From Spirochaetia bacterium (lineage in GTDB: Bacteria > Spirochaetota > Spirochaetia > SZUA-6 > Bin103), in assembly GCA_965208575.1 (NCBI GenBank), contig CBDBOV010000005.1, positions 256,001 through 320,000 on the forward strand: 64,000 nucleotides of DNA. The letters are read 5' to 3'. Positions within the stretch are counted from its first letter, which is position 1. The number at the start of each line of letters is the position of its first letter. A program made the position numbers and the translations under genes. The notes below the pieces were generated by a model. It saw only the letters and a list, made by a program, of their open reading frames with translations. It was not told the DNA's origin and did no database searches. Shown in pieces: positions 9,760 through 20,354 of the stretch.

Positions 9760-10190
9760 TGCGCACGCTGTTCGATACGTCGGTCCTGGTTCCCGCGGTC
9801 ACTGACCAGCTTGGCAACCATGAGGCGGCACTCGACGCACTGTCTCGCTACACGCAGGGAGAACATGAGGGATACTGTTCCGCCCATGCGCTGGCAGAGT
9901 GCTTTGCTACGCTGACCGCCTTGCCGCTGCGCACGCGAATCGTGCCGGAAGAGGCACGAATGCTGGTGGAGGAGGACATGGCGGAGAAGCTGGCGGTCGT
10001 GGCGCTTGCCGCCGACGACTACCGGAGTGTGATTCGCAGCGTCGCCGACCTGGGGCTGGCGAGCGGCTCGATCTACGATGCACTGCACATGTACTGCGCA
10101 CGCAAGGTCGGCGCCGATCAGGTTCTGACCTACAACGTGCGGCACTTCGAACGCTTCCAACTGCCCGGTGTTATGGTGACGACCCCGTAG
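9759..10190 (+). CDS. vapC: PIN-domain (VapC-like) toxin
   Basis: LFDTSVLV, AE, IYDALH, TYNVRHF. Confidence 0.9.
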   Translation: MRTLFDTSVLVPAVTDQLGNHEAALDALSRYTQGEHEGYCSAHALAECFATLTALPLRTRIVPEEARMLVEEDMAEKLAVVALAADDYRSVIRSVADLGLASGSIYDALHMYCARKVGADQVLTYNVRHFERFQLPGVMVTTP

Positions 10191-10198
10191 GCGGCGCC

Positions 10199-11653
10199 GT
10201 GATCATCAAGAGTAACCCGGGGCACGTCGATAGCGAGCGGATCGTGCTGTTTCCGTTTGATGACCATGGGCTGCCGTTCCGCCACGGGGTGCGGCTGCAC
10301 CTGGTGGGCTTCAAGACGCCGGTGGACCGCACGCGCATCGTGGTGCCGCTCGGGCCGCCCGGCGCGCCGGACAGCAAGCGAGTCATCTACTACGGCACCG
10401 TGCTGCGGGTGGGCGGCGAGTTGTGGATGTGGTACCTGGGGCAGGGCGACGACGACCGGTGGCACCAGCGGGTGTGCCTGGCGACGAGCCGCGACGGATA
10501 CCACTGGGAGAAACCGGACCTGGGGCTGGTGGAATACCAGGGCTCCCGGCACAACAACCTGGTGGACATGCTCGGCGGCGCGCACTCGATCGTGGCCTGC
10601 GTGGTGTACCACGACCCCGACGATCCCGACCCGGAGCGGCGCTTCAAGGCGGTGATCGAAACCAAGGACCGGCCGCGGCTGTTCGGGGTGCTGTTCTCGG
10701 CTGACGGGCTGCGCTGGCGCGAATTCGACGTCGGGCCCGAGGCGCCGCAGTGCGAGCCCGCCGGCGGCATCAAGTTCAACGGCTGCTATCTGCTGAGCGC
10801 GCACGGCGGCAGCCACTTCGGGGCGCCGCGCCAGTTGGTGACCTACCTGTCGTACGACTTCGAGCACTGGATCGAGGCGTCGTGCCTGGGGCTGCGGCGC
10901 GACGACATTCCGCCGCGGCCCTACCGGGAGACGTTCGCCGGCGGCGAGCAGGTGCACCTGGGCGCGGCGCTGTGGAACCGGGGCAACGTGATCATCGGGC
11001 TGTACGGGCAGTGGCACGGCCCCGCCAACAACGACCGCCGCCACGTGGAGATGGACCTGGGGCTGGTGGTGAGCAACGACGGCCTGCACTACACCGAGCC
11101 GATTCCCGATTTCCCGATGGTGGCCGCCGCCGAGGACGGCATGAACCACCTGCCGCAGCCGTGGAACTTCAAGCACGCCGCCCTGGCCCAGGGGCAGGGG
11201 TTCGAGAACATCGGCGACGAGACCCTGTTCTGGTACGCGCCGTGGCCGGAGCAGTTGAGCGACGGCGTGCGCGTCGCCACCTGGCAGCGGGACCGCCTCG
11301 GCTACCTGCAACCGTTCGATCAGCGCCAACTGCGCGTCCCCAACGGCTGCCACGTGATCTCCGCGCCGATCGACCTCGGCGGCAGGCCCGCGCGGGTGTT
11401 TCTGAACGTGGACGGGCTGTCCGAGTACGCGCAGGTCACCGTGGAGGTGCTGGACGAGCGCTTCCGCCCGGTGACCGGGTACTCGGCCGGCGAGTGCATG
11501 CCGCTGGAGTCGGGGCTCAGGCAACCGGTCGCCTGGCGCAACCGGCAACTGCTGGACGCAGCGGGCGGAGCCGTGCGTCTGCGGCTCAACTACACGGGAA
11601 TCCGCCCCGAGGATCCGCGGCTCTACGCGGTCTACGTCGACCCCGCCGGCTGA
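10199..11653 (+). CDS. Putative five-bladed beta-propeller glycoside hydrolase-like protein with C-terminal beta-sandwich
   Basis: Repeated S-x-DG-x-x-W boxes (SRDGYHW, SADGLRW, SYDFEHW, SNDGLHY), WEKPDLGLVEY. Confidence 0.65.
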   Translation: MIIKSNPGHVDSERIVLFPFDDHGLPFRHGVRLHLVGFKTPVDRTRIVVPLGPPGAPDSKRVIYYGTVLRVGGELWMWYLGQGDDDRWHQRVCLATSRDGYHWEKPDLGLVEYQGSRHNNLVDMLGGAHSIVACVVYHDPDDPDPERRFKAVIETKDRPRLFGVLFSADGLRWREFDVGPEAPQCEPAGGIKFNGCYLLSAHGGSHFGAPRQLVTYLSYDFEHWIEASCLGLRRDDIPPRPYRETFAGGEQVHLGAALWNRGNVIIGLYGQWHGPANNDRRHVEMDLGLVVSNDGLHYTEPIPDFPMVAAAEDGMNHLPQPWNFKHAALAQGQGFENIGDETLFWYAPWPEQLSDGVRVATWQRDRLGYLQPFDQRQLRVPNGCHVISAPIDLGGRPARVFLNVDGLSEYAQVTVEVLDERFRPVTGYSAGECMPLESGLRQPVAWRNRQLLDAAGGAVRLRLNYTGIRPEDPRLYAVYVDPAG

Positions 11654-11707
11654 CCGCCCGCTTCTGATGCTTGCTCACCCGCCGGCAATGCGGATAGCGT
11701 GCGGCGC

Positions 11708-12694
11708 ATGAAATTCGTGCTCGTCAACCAGGCCATGGCCGAGGGAATGGATGAGGTGTTCGGCCCGCGCGACGACATCGAAGTTCGCGTGGTCGAGGAA
11801 CAGACCGAGAGCGCGCTGCTGCGCCACCTGCCCGGCGTGCACGGACTGGTGCTGGGGCTGGCGCCGATGACCGAGCGCGTAATCGAGATCGCGCGCGGCA
11901 CCCTGCAGGTGGTGGCGCGCCGGGGGGTGGGATACGACAACGTGGACGTGGCGGCGCTGACCCGCGCCGGTATTCCGTTGACCGTGGTGGGCACCGCCAA
12001 CTCGGTGTCGGTGGCCGAGCATGCCCTGCACCTGATGCTGGCGCTCGCCAAGCAGAGCCACGTGCAGGACGCGCGCCTGCGCACGGCGACCTGGAACGAC
12101 GCGCGGCTGGTGCGTCCGGTGGATCTCGCCGGGCGCCGCGTGCTGGTGCTGGGCCTCGGCCGCATCGGCCGGCTGCTGGTGGCGCGGCTGCTGGCGATGG
12201 AGATGGAGGTGCTGGTGCACGACCCGTTCGTGGCCGACGCCGAGATCGAGGCCACCGGCGCCACCGCGGCCGCCGACTGGCGTGCGGCGCTGCCGGAGAT
12301 CGACTTCCTGACCGTGAACTGCCCCAAGACCTCCGAGACCACGGGCATGGTGGGCGCCGCCGAGTTGGCGGCGATGAAGGCCACCGCGTTCGTGGTCAAC
12401 ACCGCGCGCGGCGGCATAATCGACGAGCCGGCCCTGTACGCGGCGCTGCGCGAGCACGCCATCGGCGGTGCCGGCATTGACGCGTTCGACCAGGAACCGG
12501 CGCCGTCCGACCACCCGCTGTTCGAGCTGGACAACGCCATCTGCACCCCGCACGTGGCCGGCTTGACCACCGAGGCGGTCTACCGGATGAACGTGCGCGC
12601 CGCCCGCAACGTGGTCGACGCCTGCGACGGCGTGCTCGACCCCGAGTACGTCGTCAACCGCGAAGTCCTCGGCACCAGACGAAGAAGCAACTGA
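11708..12694 (+). CDS. D-isomer-specific 2-hydroxyacid dehydrogenase
   Basis: GVGYDNVD, GLGRIG, VNTARGG, DAFDQEP, TPHVAG. Confidence 0.93.
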   Translation: MKFVLVNQAMAEGMDEVFGPRDDIEVRVVEEQTESALLRHLPGVHGLVLGLAPMTERVIEIARGTLQVVARRGVGYDNVDVAALTRAGIPLTVVGTANSVSVAEHALHLMLALAKQSHVQDARLRTATWNDARLVRPVDLAGRRVLVLGLGRIGRLLVARLLAMEMEVLVHDPFVADAEIEATGATAAADWRAALPEIDFLTVNCPKTSETTGMVGAAELAAMKATAFVVNTARGGIIDEPALYAALREHAIGGAGIDAFDQEPAPSDHPLFELDNAICTPHVAGLTTEAVYRMNVRAARNVVDACDGVLDPEYVVNREVLGTRRRSN

Positions 12695-12771
12695 CCCTAC
12701 GCTGCCCACGGGCTGGGTGCTTCGGCGGTTCACGCATTGACCCTATCAGGACTATGGTACATGATCCACGT

Positions 12772-12996
12772 ATGACGGTTTCCAAGTCACAGTTCAAACC
12801 GCGCGCGTTCGAGTACTTCCGGCTGGTCCAGGAGCAGCGGGAGACCATCGTGGTCACCGATCGCGGTACGCCGGTGCTCAAGATCGTCCCCTTCGATGAG
12901 GAGGATGACCCGGATCTGGCAGCCTTGCGCGGTACGCTGGTGAGGTATGACGATCCGCTCGAGCCGGTGGGCGAGGACTGGGAAGCCGCCGAGTGA
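12772..12996 (+). CDS. Phd/YefM-family antitoxin
   Basis: SQFKPRAFEYFRLV..ETIVVTDRGTPVLKIVP. Confidence 0.88.
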   Translation: MTVSKSQFKPRAFEYFRLVQEQRETIVVTDRGTPVLKIVPFDEEDDPDLAALRGTLVRYDDPLEPVGEDWEAAE

Positions 12997-13385
12997 CGCT
13001 GCTGGATACCCATTCCTGGATCTGGCATCTCACCGCGCCCCAGGAACTCTCGGCTACCGCGCAAACGGCAATTGAGCGGGCACGGCGAGAGCGCACGGCG
13101 CTCGTGTCCGCGATCAGCGTGTGGGAGCTTTTCTTGCTGGTGAAGAAGGGGCGGTTGGCACTGACCATCACTCCCGATGCCCTGCTCCGCCGTGCCGAGC
13201 GGCTGTCGTATCTTCAGTTTGTGGCCGTGGATCACCACATGGCGCGGCGATCCGTCGTGCTGCCCGACGTTCACGCCGACCCCGCCGACCGGTTCATCGT
13301 GGCCACGGCACAGGAACTCGGTTGCACGCTGATCAGCAAGGATCGCCGCCTACGCTGCTACCCCGACATCGAAGTGATCTGGTAA
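12993..13385 (+). CDS. vapC: PIN-domain (VapC-like) toxin
   Basis: LLDTHSWIW, SAISVWE, HADPADRFIVATA, SKD. Confidence 0.92.
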   Translation: MTLLDTHSWIWHLTAPQELSATAQTAIERARRERTALVSAISVWELFLLVKKGRLALTITPDALLRRAERLSYLQFVAVDHHMARRSVVLPDVHADPADRFIVATAQELGCTLISKDRRLRCYPDIEVIW

Positions 13386-13498
13386 CCCCAGGTTGCGCCG
13401 CAAACGGCGCGCGTGATAGCTTCCCCGGCGATGTCGGCGGCGGACGACCGCGAACGAGTGGCGGCCGGCGGCGGCATACACGAACAGGAGGAACAGGA

Positions 13499-15178
13499 GT
13501 GAATCGAGTCAGGACCAGTTTGATGTGGGCAGCCGCGGTGCTGATGGCGGCGGCGCCGCCGGCGCTGGCGGGCGGTGAGGAGGAGGCGTCGGGCACCGGC
13601 GCGGCCACCATTCCCGCCGGCTACTTCGGCACCTACGAGCCGGCCATCGACATGGAGTGGATCAAGAGCACGTGGCAGTCCGCGCGCGAGCGGGTCAACA
13701 ACGATCTCGAACCGGCCACCGGGGAGACCTTCGAGGACAACCGCTGGACGCGGGCGATGCGCGACGAGTTGGGCATCAATGTGACCTACAAGTGGGTCGT
13801 GGACGGCGCGCAGGCGCAGGAGAAGCTGAAACTGGCCATGGCCTCGGGCGACCTGCCCGACGTGATCACCCTCGAGGGCGGCCAGCGCCTGGTGGACTTC
13901 CAGCAGCTTGCCGAGGCGGATCTGCTCGCCGACATGACCGACGTATGGGAGCAGTACGCCTCGCCGCTGGCCAAGGAGGTGGTCGGCGCCGACGGGCAGG
14001 TCATATACAACGCCGTCAGCCACGGCGGGCGCTTGAAGGGCATTCCCGGCCCGTCGGCGGGCCTGGATACCTACAGCTACTTCTGGGTGCGCCAGGACTG
14101 GCTCGACAACCTCGGACTGGAGCCGCCGCGCACCACCGAGGACCTGCTGGAGATGACGCGCGCCTTCACCCACGACGACCCGGACGGCAACGGCGAGGAC
14201 GATACTTTCGCCATGATGCTGGACAAGGGCCTGTGGTACCGGTCGGAGGGCTTTTTCTGGTCGTTCGGCGCCTACCCCGACGCCTGGCTGCAGGCCCCCG
14301 GCGGCGGCCTGATGTTCGGCGCCATTCAGCCGGAGGTGAAGGACGCGCTGGCCGCGCTGCGCCACATGCACGCCGACGGCCAGCTCGATCCGGAGTGGGC
14401 GGTGAAGGACCAATCCAAGGCCGGCGAGGCGTTCGCCCGCAACGCCGTGGGCATCTCCTACGGCGGCCACTGGATCTCCTACGACTTCCTGCCCGGCTGG
14501 GAGAACGACAACAGCATCGACTGGAGCGTGTACCCGCAGCCCGGCGTGGACGGCATGACCCCGAGGGGTGAGCTGGAGTTGGGCATGGCGCGTATCTACG
14601 CGGTGAACAAGGACTACCCGCACCCCGAGGCGGTGGTGAAGGCGTACAACCTGTACTGGGAAAAACTGTACGGCGAGACCGGCGACTACGAGTACTGGGG
14701 CAACGACGAGATCATGGACGGCATCTGGTGGATCGGGCCGTTCGCCGCCTTCCACCCGTGGGTCAACATCCCGCCATACTACGACATCCAGGCGGTGTAC
14801 GCGGGCGAGAAGGACCCGGCCGAGCTCACCGGCGTATCGCTGGACTACTACAACAACACCGAGAACAACCCCCACCCCGCCCAGCAGTGGGCATGGCAGG
14901 AGATGTTCACCGATCCGGCGACCTCGCCGTTCGGCCACATCACCCGCCGGGTCGACGAGGGCAGCCTGTTCGTGGACAACTTCGTGGCCGCGCCGACGCC
15001 TACCATGGTGGACCGGTGGGGCACCCTGGAGGAGTTGAAGATCACCACCTTCACCCGCATCATCGTCGGCGACCTGGACCTGGACAGCGGGTTCGCGGAG
15101 TTCGTCGAGGACTGGAAGAAGCTGGGCGGCGACCAGATCACCGAAGAGGTGAGCGACTGGTACCGAGCCAACCAGTAG
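13499..15178 (+). CDS. Carbohydrate ABC transporter substrate-binding protein
   Basis: Signal peptide ending LAGGEEE; LAMASGDLPDV; WVRQDWLDNLGL; DPDGNG. Confidence 0.9.
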   Translation: MNRVRTSLMWAAAVLMAAAPPALAGGEEEASGTGAATIPAGYFGTYEPAIDMEWIKSTWQSARERVNNDLEPATGETFEDNRWTRAMRDELGINVTYKWVVDGAQAQEKLKLAMASGDLPDVITLEGGQRLVDFQQLAEADLLADMTDVWEQYASPLAKEVVGADGQVIYNAVSHGGRLKGIPGPSAGLDTYSYFWVRQDWLDNLGLEPPRTTEDLLEMTRAFTHDDPDGNGEDDTFAMMLDKGLWYRSEGFFWSFGAYPDAWLQAPGGGLMFGAIQPEVKDALAALRHMHADGQLDPEWAVKDQSKAGEAFARNAVGISYGGHWISYDFLPGWENDNSIDWSVYPQPGVDGMTPRGELELGMARIYAVNKDYPHPEAVVKAYNLYWEKLYGETGDYEYWGNDEIMDGIWWIGPFAAFHPWVNIPPYYDIQAVYAGEKDPAELTGVSLDYYNNTENNPHPAQQWAWQEMFTDPATSPFGHITRRVDEGSLFVDNFVAAPTPTMVDRWGTLEELKITTFTRIIVGDLDLDSGFAEFVEDWKKLGGDQITEEVSDWYRANQ

Positions 15179-15281
15179 GGCGTTGTAACGACAGACGGAT
15201 CGCCGCCGCGGGCCGGCCGGCAGCCTGACCGGCCCGGTGGCCTGACCGGCCCGGCGGCGCATCCGCAAGACCCTCTCCGCA

Positions 15282-16181
15282 GTGGCCTCCAAGCGCACCA
15301 ACACGTTCGCCTATCACCTCATGCTGCTGCCGGGGGTGCTGCTGGTGCTGGTGTTTTCCTACGTTCCGATCTACGGCATCGTGATCGCCTTCCAGCGCTT
15401 CATCCCCGCGCGCGGCATGTTCGGGGGGCAGACCTGGGTGGGGCTGGGCAACTTCGAATACCTGCTGGCGCTGCCGACCGTGTGGCAGGTGTTCGCCAAC
15501 ACCCTGATCATCGCCATCCTCAAGATCGCCGGCGGCACCGTGCTGCCGATCATGGTGTCGCTGCTGCTCAACGAGGTGCGCAGCAACCTGTTCCGGCGCA
15601 GCGTGCAGACCATCATCTACTTCCCCTACTTCATCTCCTGGATCGTGTTCGGCGGCATCATGGTGGACCTGCTGTCGCCCAACGGCGGCATCGTGAACCA
15701 GGTGGTCGCGGCGCTCGGCTTCGAGCCGATCTACTTCCTGGGTGACGTGGAGCGGTTCCGCGGCACCCTGGTGGTCACCGACGTGTGGAAGACGTTCGGC
15801 TTCATCACCGTGATCTACCTGGCCGCCATCACCTCGATCGACCCGACCCTGTACGAGGTGGCGTCGATCGACGGCGCCGGGCGCTGGCAGAAGGCGTGGC
15901 ACATCACCATTCCCGGCATGAGCATGGTGATCGTACTGCTGATGGTGCTCAACCTGGGCAACATCCTCAACGCCGGCTTCGAGCAGGTGTTCGTGCTGTA
16001 CAGCCCGCTGGTGTACGAGACCGGCGACATCATCGATACCCTGGTCTACCGGCTCGGCCTGCTGCAGGCGCAGTTCGGGGTGGCCACCGCGGTGGGGCTG
16101 CTCAAGGGCGTGATCTCGTTCGGCCTGATCTCCGCCTCCTACTACATCGCCTACCGGTTCTTCTCCTACCGGCTGTTCTGA
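15282..16181 (+). CDS. Carbohydrate ABC transporter permease (LplB-like)
   Basis: Hydrophobic TM segments; EAA-loop variant YEVASIDGA. Confidence 0.93.
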   Translation: MASKRTNTFAYHLMLLPGVLLVLVFSYVPIYGIVIAFQRFIPARGMFGGQTWVGLGNFEYLLALPTVWQVFANTLIIAILKIAGGTVLPIMVSLLLNEVRSNLFRRSVQTIIYFPYFISWIVFGGIMVDLLSPNGGIVNQVVAALGFEPIYFLGDVERFRGTLVVTDVWKTFGFITVIYLAAITSIDPTLYEVASIDGAGRWQKAWHITIPGMSMVIVLLMVLNLGNILNAGFEQVFVLYSPLVYETGDIIDTLVYRLGLLQAQFGVATAVGLLKGVISFGLISASYYIAYRFFSYRLF

Positions 16182-17092
16182 TGCCTGTGGTCGCCCGCAC
16201 CCTGGCCATGCGGCCGCGCCGCCCGCGGCTGTCGGTATTCTCGGTGATCAACGGCGTCGTGCTGTCGCTGGTCGCCGCCACCTGCCTGTTTCCGATGATC
16301 CACATGGTGGCGGTGTCGTTCTCGACGCGCGCCCTGGTGCTGGCTGGCGAGGTGGTGTTCTGGCCGCGCGGCTTCAACACCGCCTCCTACACCTGGGTGC
16401 TGCTGCAGGGCGGGTTCTGGACCTCGCTGTGGGTGTCGGCGCAGCGCATGGTGGCGGGGATCGCCATCAACGTGGTGCTGGTGCTGCTGCTGGCGTTCCC
16501 GCTGTCCAAGGAGAAGCACGAGTTCCGCGCCCGCGCCCTGTACGTGTGGTTTTTCTTCTTCACCATGCTGTTCGAGGGCGGACTGATCCCGCTGTACATG
16601 ACGGTTGCCACGCTGGGCCTGCTGGACACCATCTGGGCGCTGGTGCTGCCGCGCGGCGTGCAGGTGTTCCTGGTGCTGCTGATGCTCAACTTCTTCCGCC
16701 AGGTGCCGGGCGAGCTGCAGGACGCGGCGGAGATCGACGGCGCCGGCAAGTGGCGCATCCTGTGGCAGGTGTACGTGCCGGTGTCGCTGCCGGCGATCGC
16801 CACCATCACCCTGTTCTCCGGCGTGTTCCACTGGAATTCCTGGTTCGACGGGCTGATCTACGCCAACCACCCGGACCGCTACCCGGTGCAGACCTACCTG
16901 CAGATCCTGCTGCGCGGCGACATCCTGTCGCAGGCCACCTCGCTGAGCGAGATCTCGGAGATCTTCCACCTCTCCAACCGCACCGTGCGGTCGGCGTACA
17001 TCGTGATCGGCATCGTCCCGATCCTGGCCCTGTACCCATTCCTGCAGCGCTACTTCATCAAGGGCATCGTGATCGGCAGCGTCAAGGGATAA
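16181..17092 (+). CDS. Carbohydrate ABC transporter permease (LplC-like)
   Basis: DAAEIDGA, FHWNSWFD, YPFLQRYFIKGIVIGSVKG. Confidence 0.93.
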   Translation: MPVVARTLAMRPRRPRLSVFSVINGVVLSLVAATCLFPMIHMVAVSFSTRALVLAGEVVFWPRGFNTASYTWVLLQGGFWTSLWVSAQRMVAGIAINVVLVLLLAFPLSKEKHEFRARALYVWFFFFTMLFEGGLIPLYMTVATLGLLDTIWALVLPRGVQVFLVLLMLNFFRQVPGELQDAAEIDGAGKWRILWQVYVPVSLPAIATITLFSGVFHWNSWFDGLIYANHPDRYPVQTYLQILLRGDILSQATSLSEISEIFHLSNRTVRSAYIVIGIVPILALYPFLQRYFIKGIVIGSVKG

Positions 17093-17108
17093 CCCGCACG
17101 CCGGGGAT

Positions 17109-17128
17109 TATTGATACTAAGTTATCGT
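17109..17128. promoter_or_regulatory. Candidate Fur/Zur-family operator
   Basis: AT-rich imperfect palindrome around TTGATACTAAGTTATCG upstream of a COG0523 gene. Confidence 0.4.
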
Positions 17129-17152
17129 TAGACATATACTTCGGGCGTGGCT

Positions 17153-17286
17153 GTGAGCCGGATTTCCGGTGCCAACCTGAGCAAGGGGCAGGAACTGCTG
17201 CACCGGCAGTGCTGGAACTGGGCCGCGACATCGAGCGCCGGGACGGCAACCTCCTGCTCGAGGCGGGCTTCCTCTCTCATTCCTGA
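17153..17286 (+). pseudogene. Truncated, frameshifted relic of a hypothetical protein (ELLHRQCWNW/GRDIERRDGNLLLEAGF)
   Basis: Two protein-like frames join with one extra G at 17220-17222; early stop at 17286. Confidence 0.5.
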
Positions 17287-17304
17287 ACCCGTGGAGAAAT
17301 CGAA

Positions 17305-18519
17305 TTGAACGACCGACGCCTTCCCGTAACCGTGCTCTCCGGCTTCCTCGGAGCCGGCAAGACGACCTTGCTCAACCACGCGCTGCACAACCGCGAAGGC
17401 CGCCGCGTCGCGGTGATCGTCAACGACATGAGCGAGGTCAACGTCGACGCCGGGCTCGTACGCAGCGGCGGCGCCGAGCTCAACCGCGTCGACGAGCGGC
17501 TGATCGAGATGTCCAACGGCTGCATCTGCTGCACGTTGCGTGAAGACCTGCTCGACGAGGTCGCCCGCCTGGCGCGGGAACGCCGCTTCGACTACCTGCT
17601 GATCGAATCGACCGGTATCTCCGAGCCGCTCCCCGTCGCGGCCACCTTCGCCCTGTCGGACGAGCTTGGCGTCCAACTGGGCGAACTGGCGCGGTTGGAC
17701 ACGATGGTCACCGTCGTCGACGGCCCGCGCTTTCTGCGCGACTTCGGCTCCGGAGAAGACCTGCTCGATCGCGGGCTGGGGGTGGACGGCGACGACGACC
17801 GCGCCATCGCCGAGCTCCTCGTCGACCAGGTCGAGATCGCCAACGTTCTCGTGCTCAACAAGACCGACAAGATGAGCGGGCAAGAAGTCGCACGGTTGAC
17901 CGGGATTCTGCGCAAGCTCAACCAAACGGCCACGTTGGCCGAGGCGACCTACGGACAGATTCCGCTCGGCCTGATTTTCGATACGGGCCTGTTCGATTTC
18001 GAACGCGTCGAGCAAACGGCGGGTTGGCTGCAGGAGCTGCAGGGCGGCCACACGCCCGAAACCGAGGAGTACGGCATCGGCAGCTTCGTCTATCGGAGAC
18101 GCCGGCCCTTCCATCCGGCGCGGCTGGCGGCGGCCTTTGACGGTTACTTCGAGGGCGTGCTGCGCGCGAAGGGCGTGGTCTGGCTGGCCACCCGTCACGA
18201 CGTGGCCGGCGCGCTCTCGATCGCCGGAGACTCGCTGACCCTGGAGCCCGGCGGCCCCTGGTTCGCCGCGATGGACCCGGAAGAACTCGCCGACGACCCG
18301 GAGACCCGCGAGTGGGCCGGCCAGGTGTGGGAGTCCGAGTACGGCGACCGCCGTCAGGAGGTCGTCTTCATCGGAATCGAGATGCCGCGGGCAGCCATCG
18401 AGGCCGCGCTCGACGGCTGCCTGCTGACCGACGCCGAGATCGCCTCGGGCGCTTCCGAGTGGGCTTCGCTGGACGACCCGCTGCCGGCGTGGATGGCGCC
18501 GGAAGAGGACCAACCGTAG
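17305..18519 (+). CDS. COG0523/CobW-family G3E GTPase metallochaperone (probably zinc)
   Basis: [37 protein letters not shown]. Confidence 0.95.
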   Translation: MNDRRLPVTVLSGFLGAGKTTLLNHALHNREGRRVAVIVNDMSEVNVDAGLVRSGGAELNRVDERLIEMSNGCICCTLREDLLDEVARLARERRFDYLLIESTGISEPLPVAATFALSDELGVQLGELARLDTMVTVVDGPRFLRDFGSGEDLLDRGLGVDGDDDRAIAELLVDQVEIANVLVLNKTDKMSGQEVARLTGILRKLNQTATLAEATYGQIPLGLIFDTGLFDFERVEQTAGWLQELQGGHTPETEEYGIGSFVYRRRRPFHPARLAAAFDGYFEGVLRAKGVVWLATRHDVAGALSIAGDSLTLEPGGPWFAAMDPEELADDPETREWAGQVWESEYGDRRQEVVFIGIEMPRAAIEAALDGCLLTDAEIASGASEWASLDDPLPAWMAPEEDQP

Positions 18520-18619
18520 TACGCCCGCCTCCCGTTCCGCGTTCGCACCCTGCGCACCTGCCGCGTGCGGCCGGCGGTGCGCCTGTGCCACGAGCAGGCG
18601 CGCGCCTGCATCGTGGTGG

Positions 18620-19300
18620 TTACCTCGCGGGCCGGCTCCGCACCGCCTCCAGGTTCAACACCTGCATCGCCTCGTCTCCCATCGCCACGGCGTAGATCCC
18701 GCGCCGCGTCAGGTAGGTCACCATCTCTTCCGGTATGCTCAGCGACGAGAACGCCGGTACGATCGGCAACTTGCCGTACTCAGGAAAGTACAGCGCGAAC
18801 TCGCCGTTCCGCAGAAACTCCACGAACGCCCGCGCATCCTCGGAGCGAGGCGACGACTTGGTCTCGTTCAGCAGTACCGCCCGGGTCCCGACGTAGAGCG
18901 CGTCGAACTCCCGCGTCCGGGAGCGGTCGTCGCTCCGCGTCACGGTCTGGCGGGTCGTGAAGCGCACCAGATCGCCGCAGGCGAACACCTCACGTGCCAG
19001 GCGTCGGATGCTCGGCGCCACGATGTCTTCCACCACCGTACCCATCTTGTTGGCCAACTCACCCCACCGCTTGTTCATCTCCCGCCGCTCGCGGGCGGCT
19101 TCCTCGCGGTGACGGGCTCCCTCCTGCGCCTGACGCTCGACGATACGCTCAAGACGCGCAATAGACTCCTCGGTCCGTGCGACGGACTCGTTGGTCCGCG
19201 AGATAGACTCGTCGGTATTGGCCATGAAGCGGGCCAGGATGGTCTCCAGGTTGTCCACCCGCTCTTCGACCGCCTCTGTCCGTTGTGCAAGCGTAGCCAT
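18620..19300 (-). CDS. Coiled-coil plus PD-(D/E)xK nuclease-like protein
   Basis: Heptad N-terminus, WGELANKMGTVVEDIV, REFDAL, NETKS. Confidence 0.75.
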   Translation of the reverse strand: MATLAQRTEAVEERVDNLETILARFMANTDESISRTNESVARTEESIARLERIVERQAQEGARHREEAARERREMNKRWGELANKMGTVVEDIVAPSIRRLAREVFACGDLVRFTTRQTVTRSDDRSRTREFDALYVGTRAVLLNETKSSPRSEDARAFVEFLRNGEFALYFPEYGKLPIVPAFSSLSIPEEMVTYLTRRGIYAVAMGDEAMQVLNLEAVRSRPAR

Positions 19301-19466
19301 CGCAAGAACCCAGTCTGCATCAGGGTAACCGCGGCGCGACTGCAGGGCAAGTGCCCGTGGTGCCCGGGAGTGCCCGGGAGTGAGTTGGGCCCGCACCGCT
19401 CGCCTGAAGGCCGTGGGCTATCGAAGTCGGCATCGTAAGGGATAGTATCTTCATGTGACCACTGGG

Positions 19467-20354
19467 ATGATCGAAAGAATAGCGGTGCGGCCGGCGCTGG
19501 CCGCGGATGACTGGGATCTGTTGAGCGAGGCGCCGCTGCCGGAACTGGACGGCGAGTACCCGCTTGGCGACGCGCAGGTGGAAGGGTTCTGGGAGAACGG
19601 CTTCATCGTCCTGGAAGAGGTGCTCGACCGGGACGAGATCAACGCCTACGGCGAGGCGATTCGCGACGTGGCGATGGCCCACTTCCGCGCACGCCGGCTG
19701 GCGCTGTCGTTCGGCGGCGCCTTTCTGCAGCAGCTCAACCTGCGCTACTGCTCCGACGCGGTGAGCCGCTTCGTGCTCAGCCCGCGCTTCGGACGCATCG
19801 CCAGCCGCCTGCTGCGCGCGCCGGCGGTGCGCCTGTACCACGAGCAGGCGCTGTTCAAGCCGCCCGGCGGCATCGACTCGCACTGGCACCAGGACCAGTT
19901 CTACTTCCCGTTCGACGACACCTTCACCATGGGGCTGTGGATGCCGCTGGTGGACTGCTCGCTGGACATGGGGCCGCTGCGCTTCGTGGCCGGCTCCCAC
20001 AAGTACGGCAACCTGGAGGGCATGTCGATCAGCGAGGAGTCGAAGCGCTTCTTCGACGACTTCGCGGAGCGCGAGGGGCTGGAAGTGGTGCAGGTGCCGG
20101 ATTTGAAGGCGGGCGATTGCTCGATCCACCTGGGCTGGACCGTGCACGGCGCGCCGGCCAACCGTTCCAACAAGATGCGCGAGGCGATGACCGCCAACTA
20201 CTTCCCGGACGGGGCGCGCATCACCGACATGTCGCGCTCGCCGGACGGGCTGCGCTTCGTCGGCGGCCTGGTGCCCGGCCAGATCGCCAACAGCGTGATG
20301 AACCCGATCGTGTACTCCGAGACGGCTACCGGGACCGAGGGAGAGACGAAATGA
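19467..20354 (+). CDS. Phytanoyl-CoA dioxygenase (PhyH) family Fe/2OG enzyme
   Basis: WHQD, GSHK, distal His in TVHGA. Confidence 0.9.
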   Translation: MIERIAVRPALAADDWDLLSEAPLPELDGEYPLGDAQVEGFWENGFIVLEEVLDRDEINAYGEAIRDVAMAHFRARRLALSFGGAFLQQLNLRYCSDAVSRFVLSPRFGRIASRLLRAPAVRLYHEQALFKPPGGIDSHWHQDQFYFPFDDTFTMGLWMPLVDCSLDMGPLRFVAGSHKYGNLEGMSISEESKRFFDDFAEREGLEVVQVPDLKAGDCSIHLGWTVHGAPANRSNKMREAMTANYFPDGARITDMSRSPDGLRFVGGLVPGQIANSVMNPIVYSETATGTEGETK

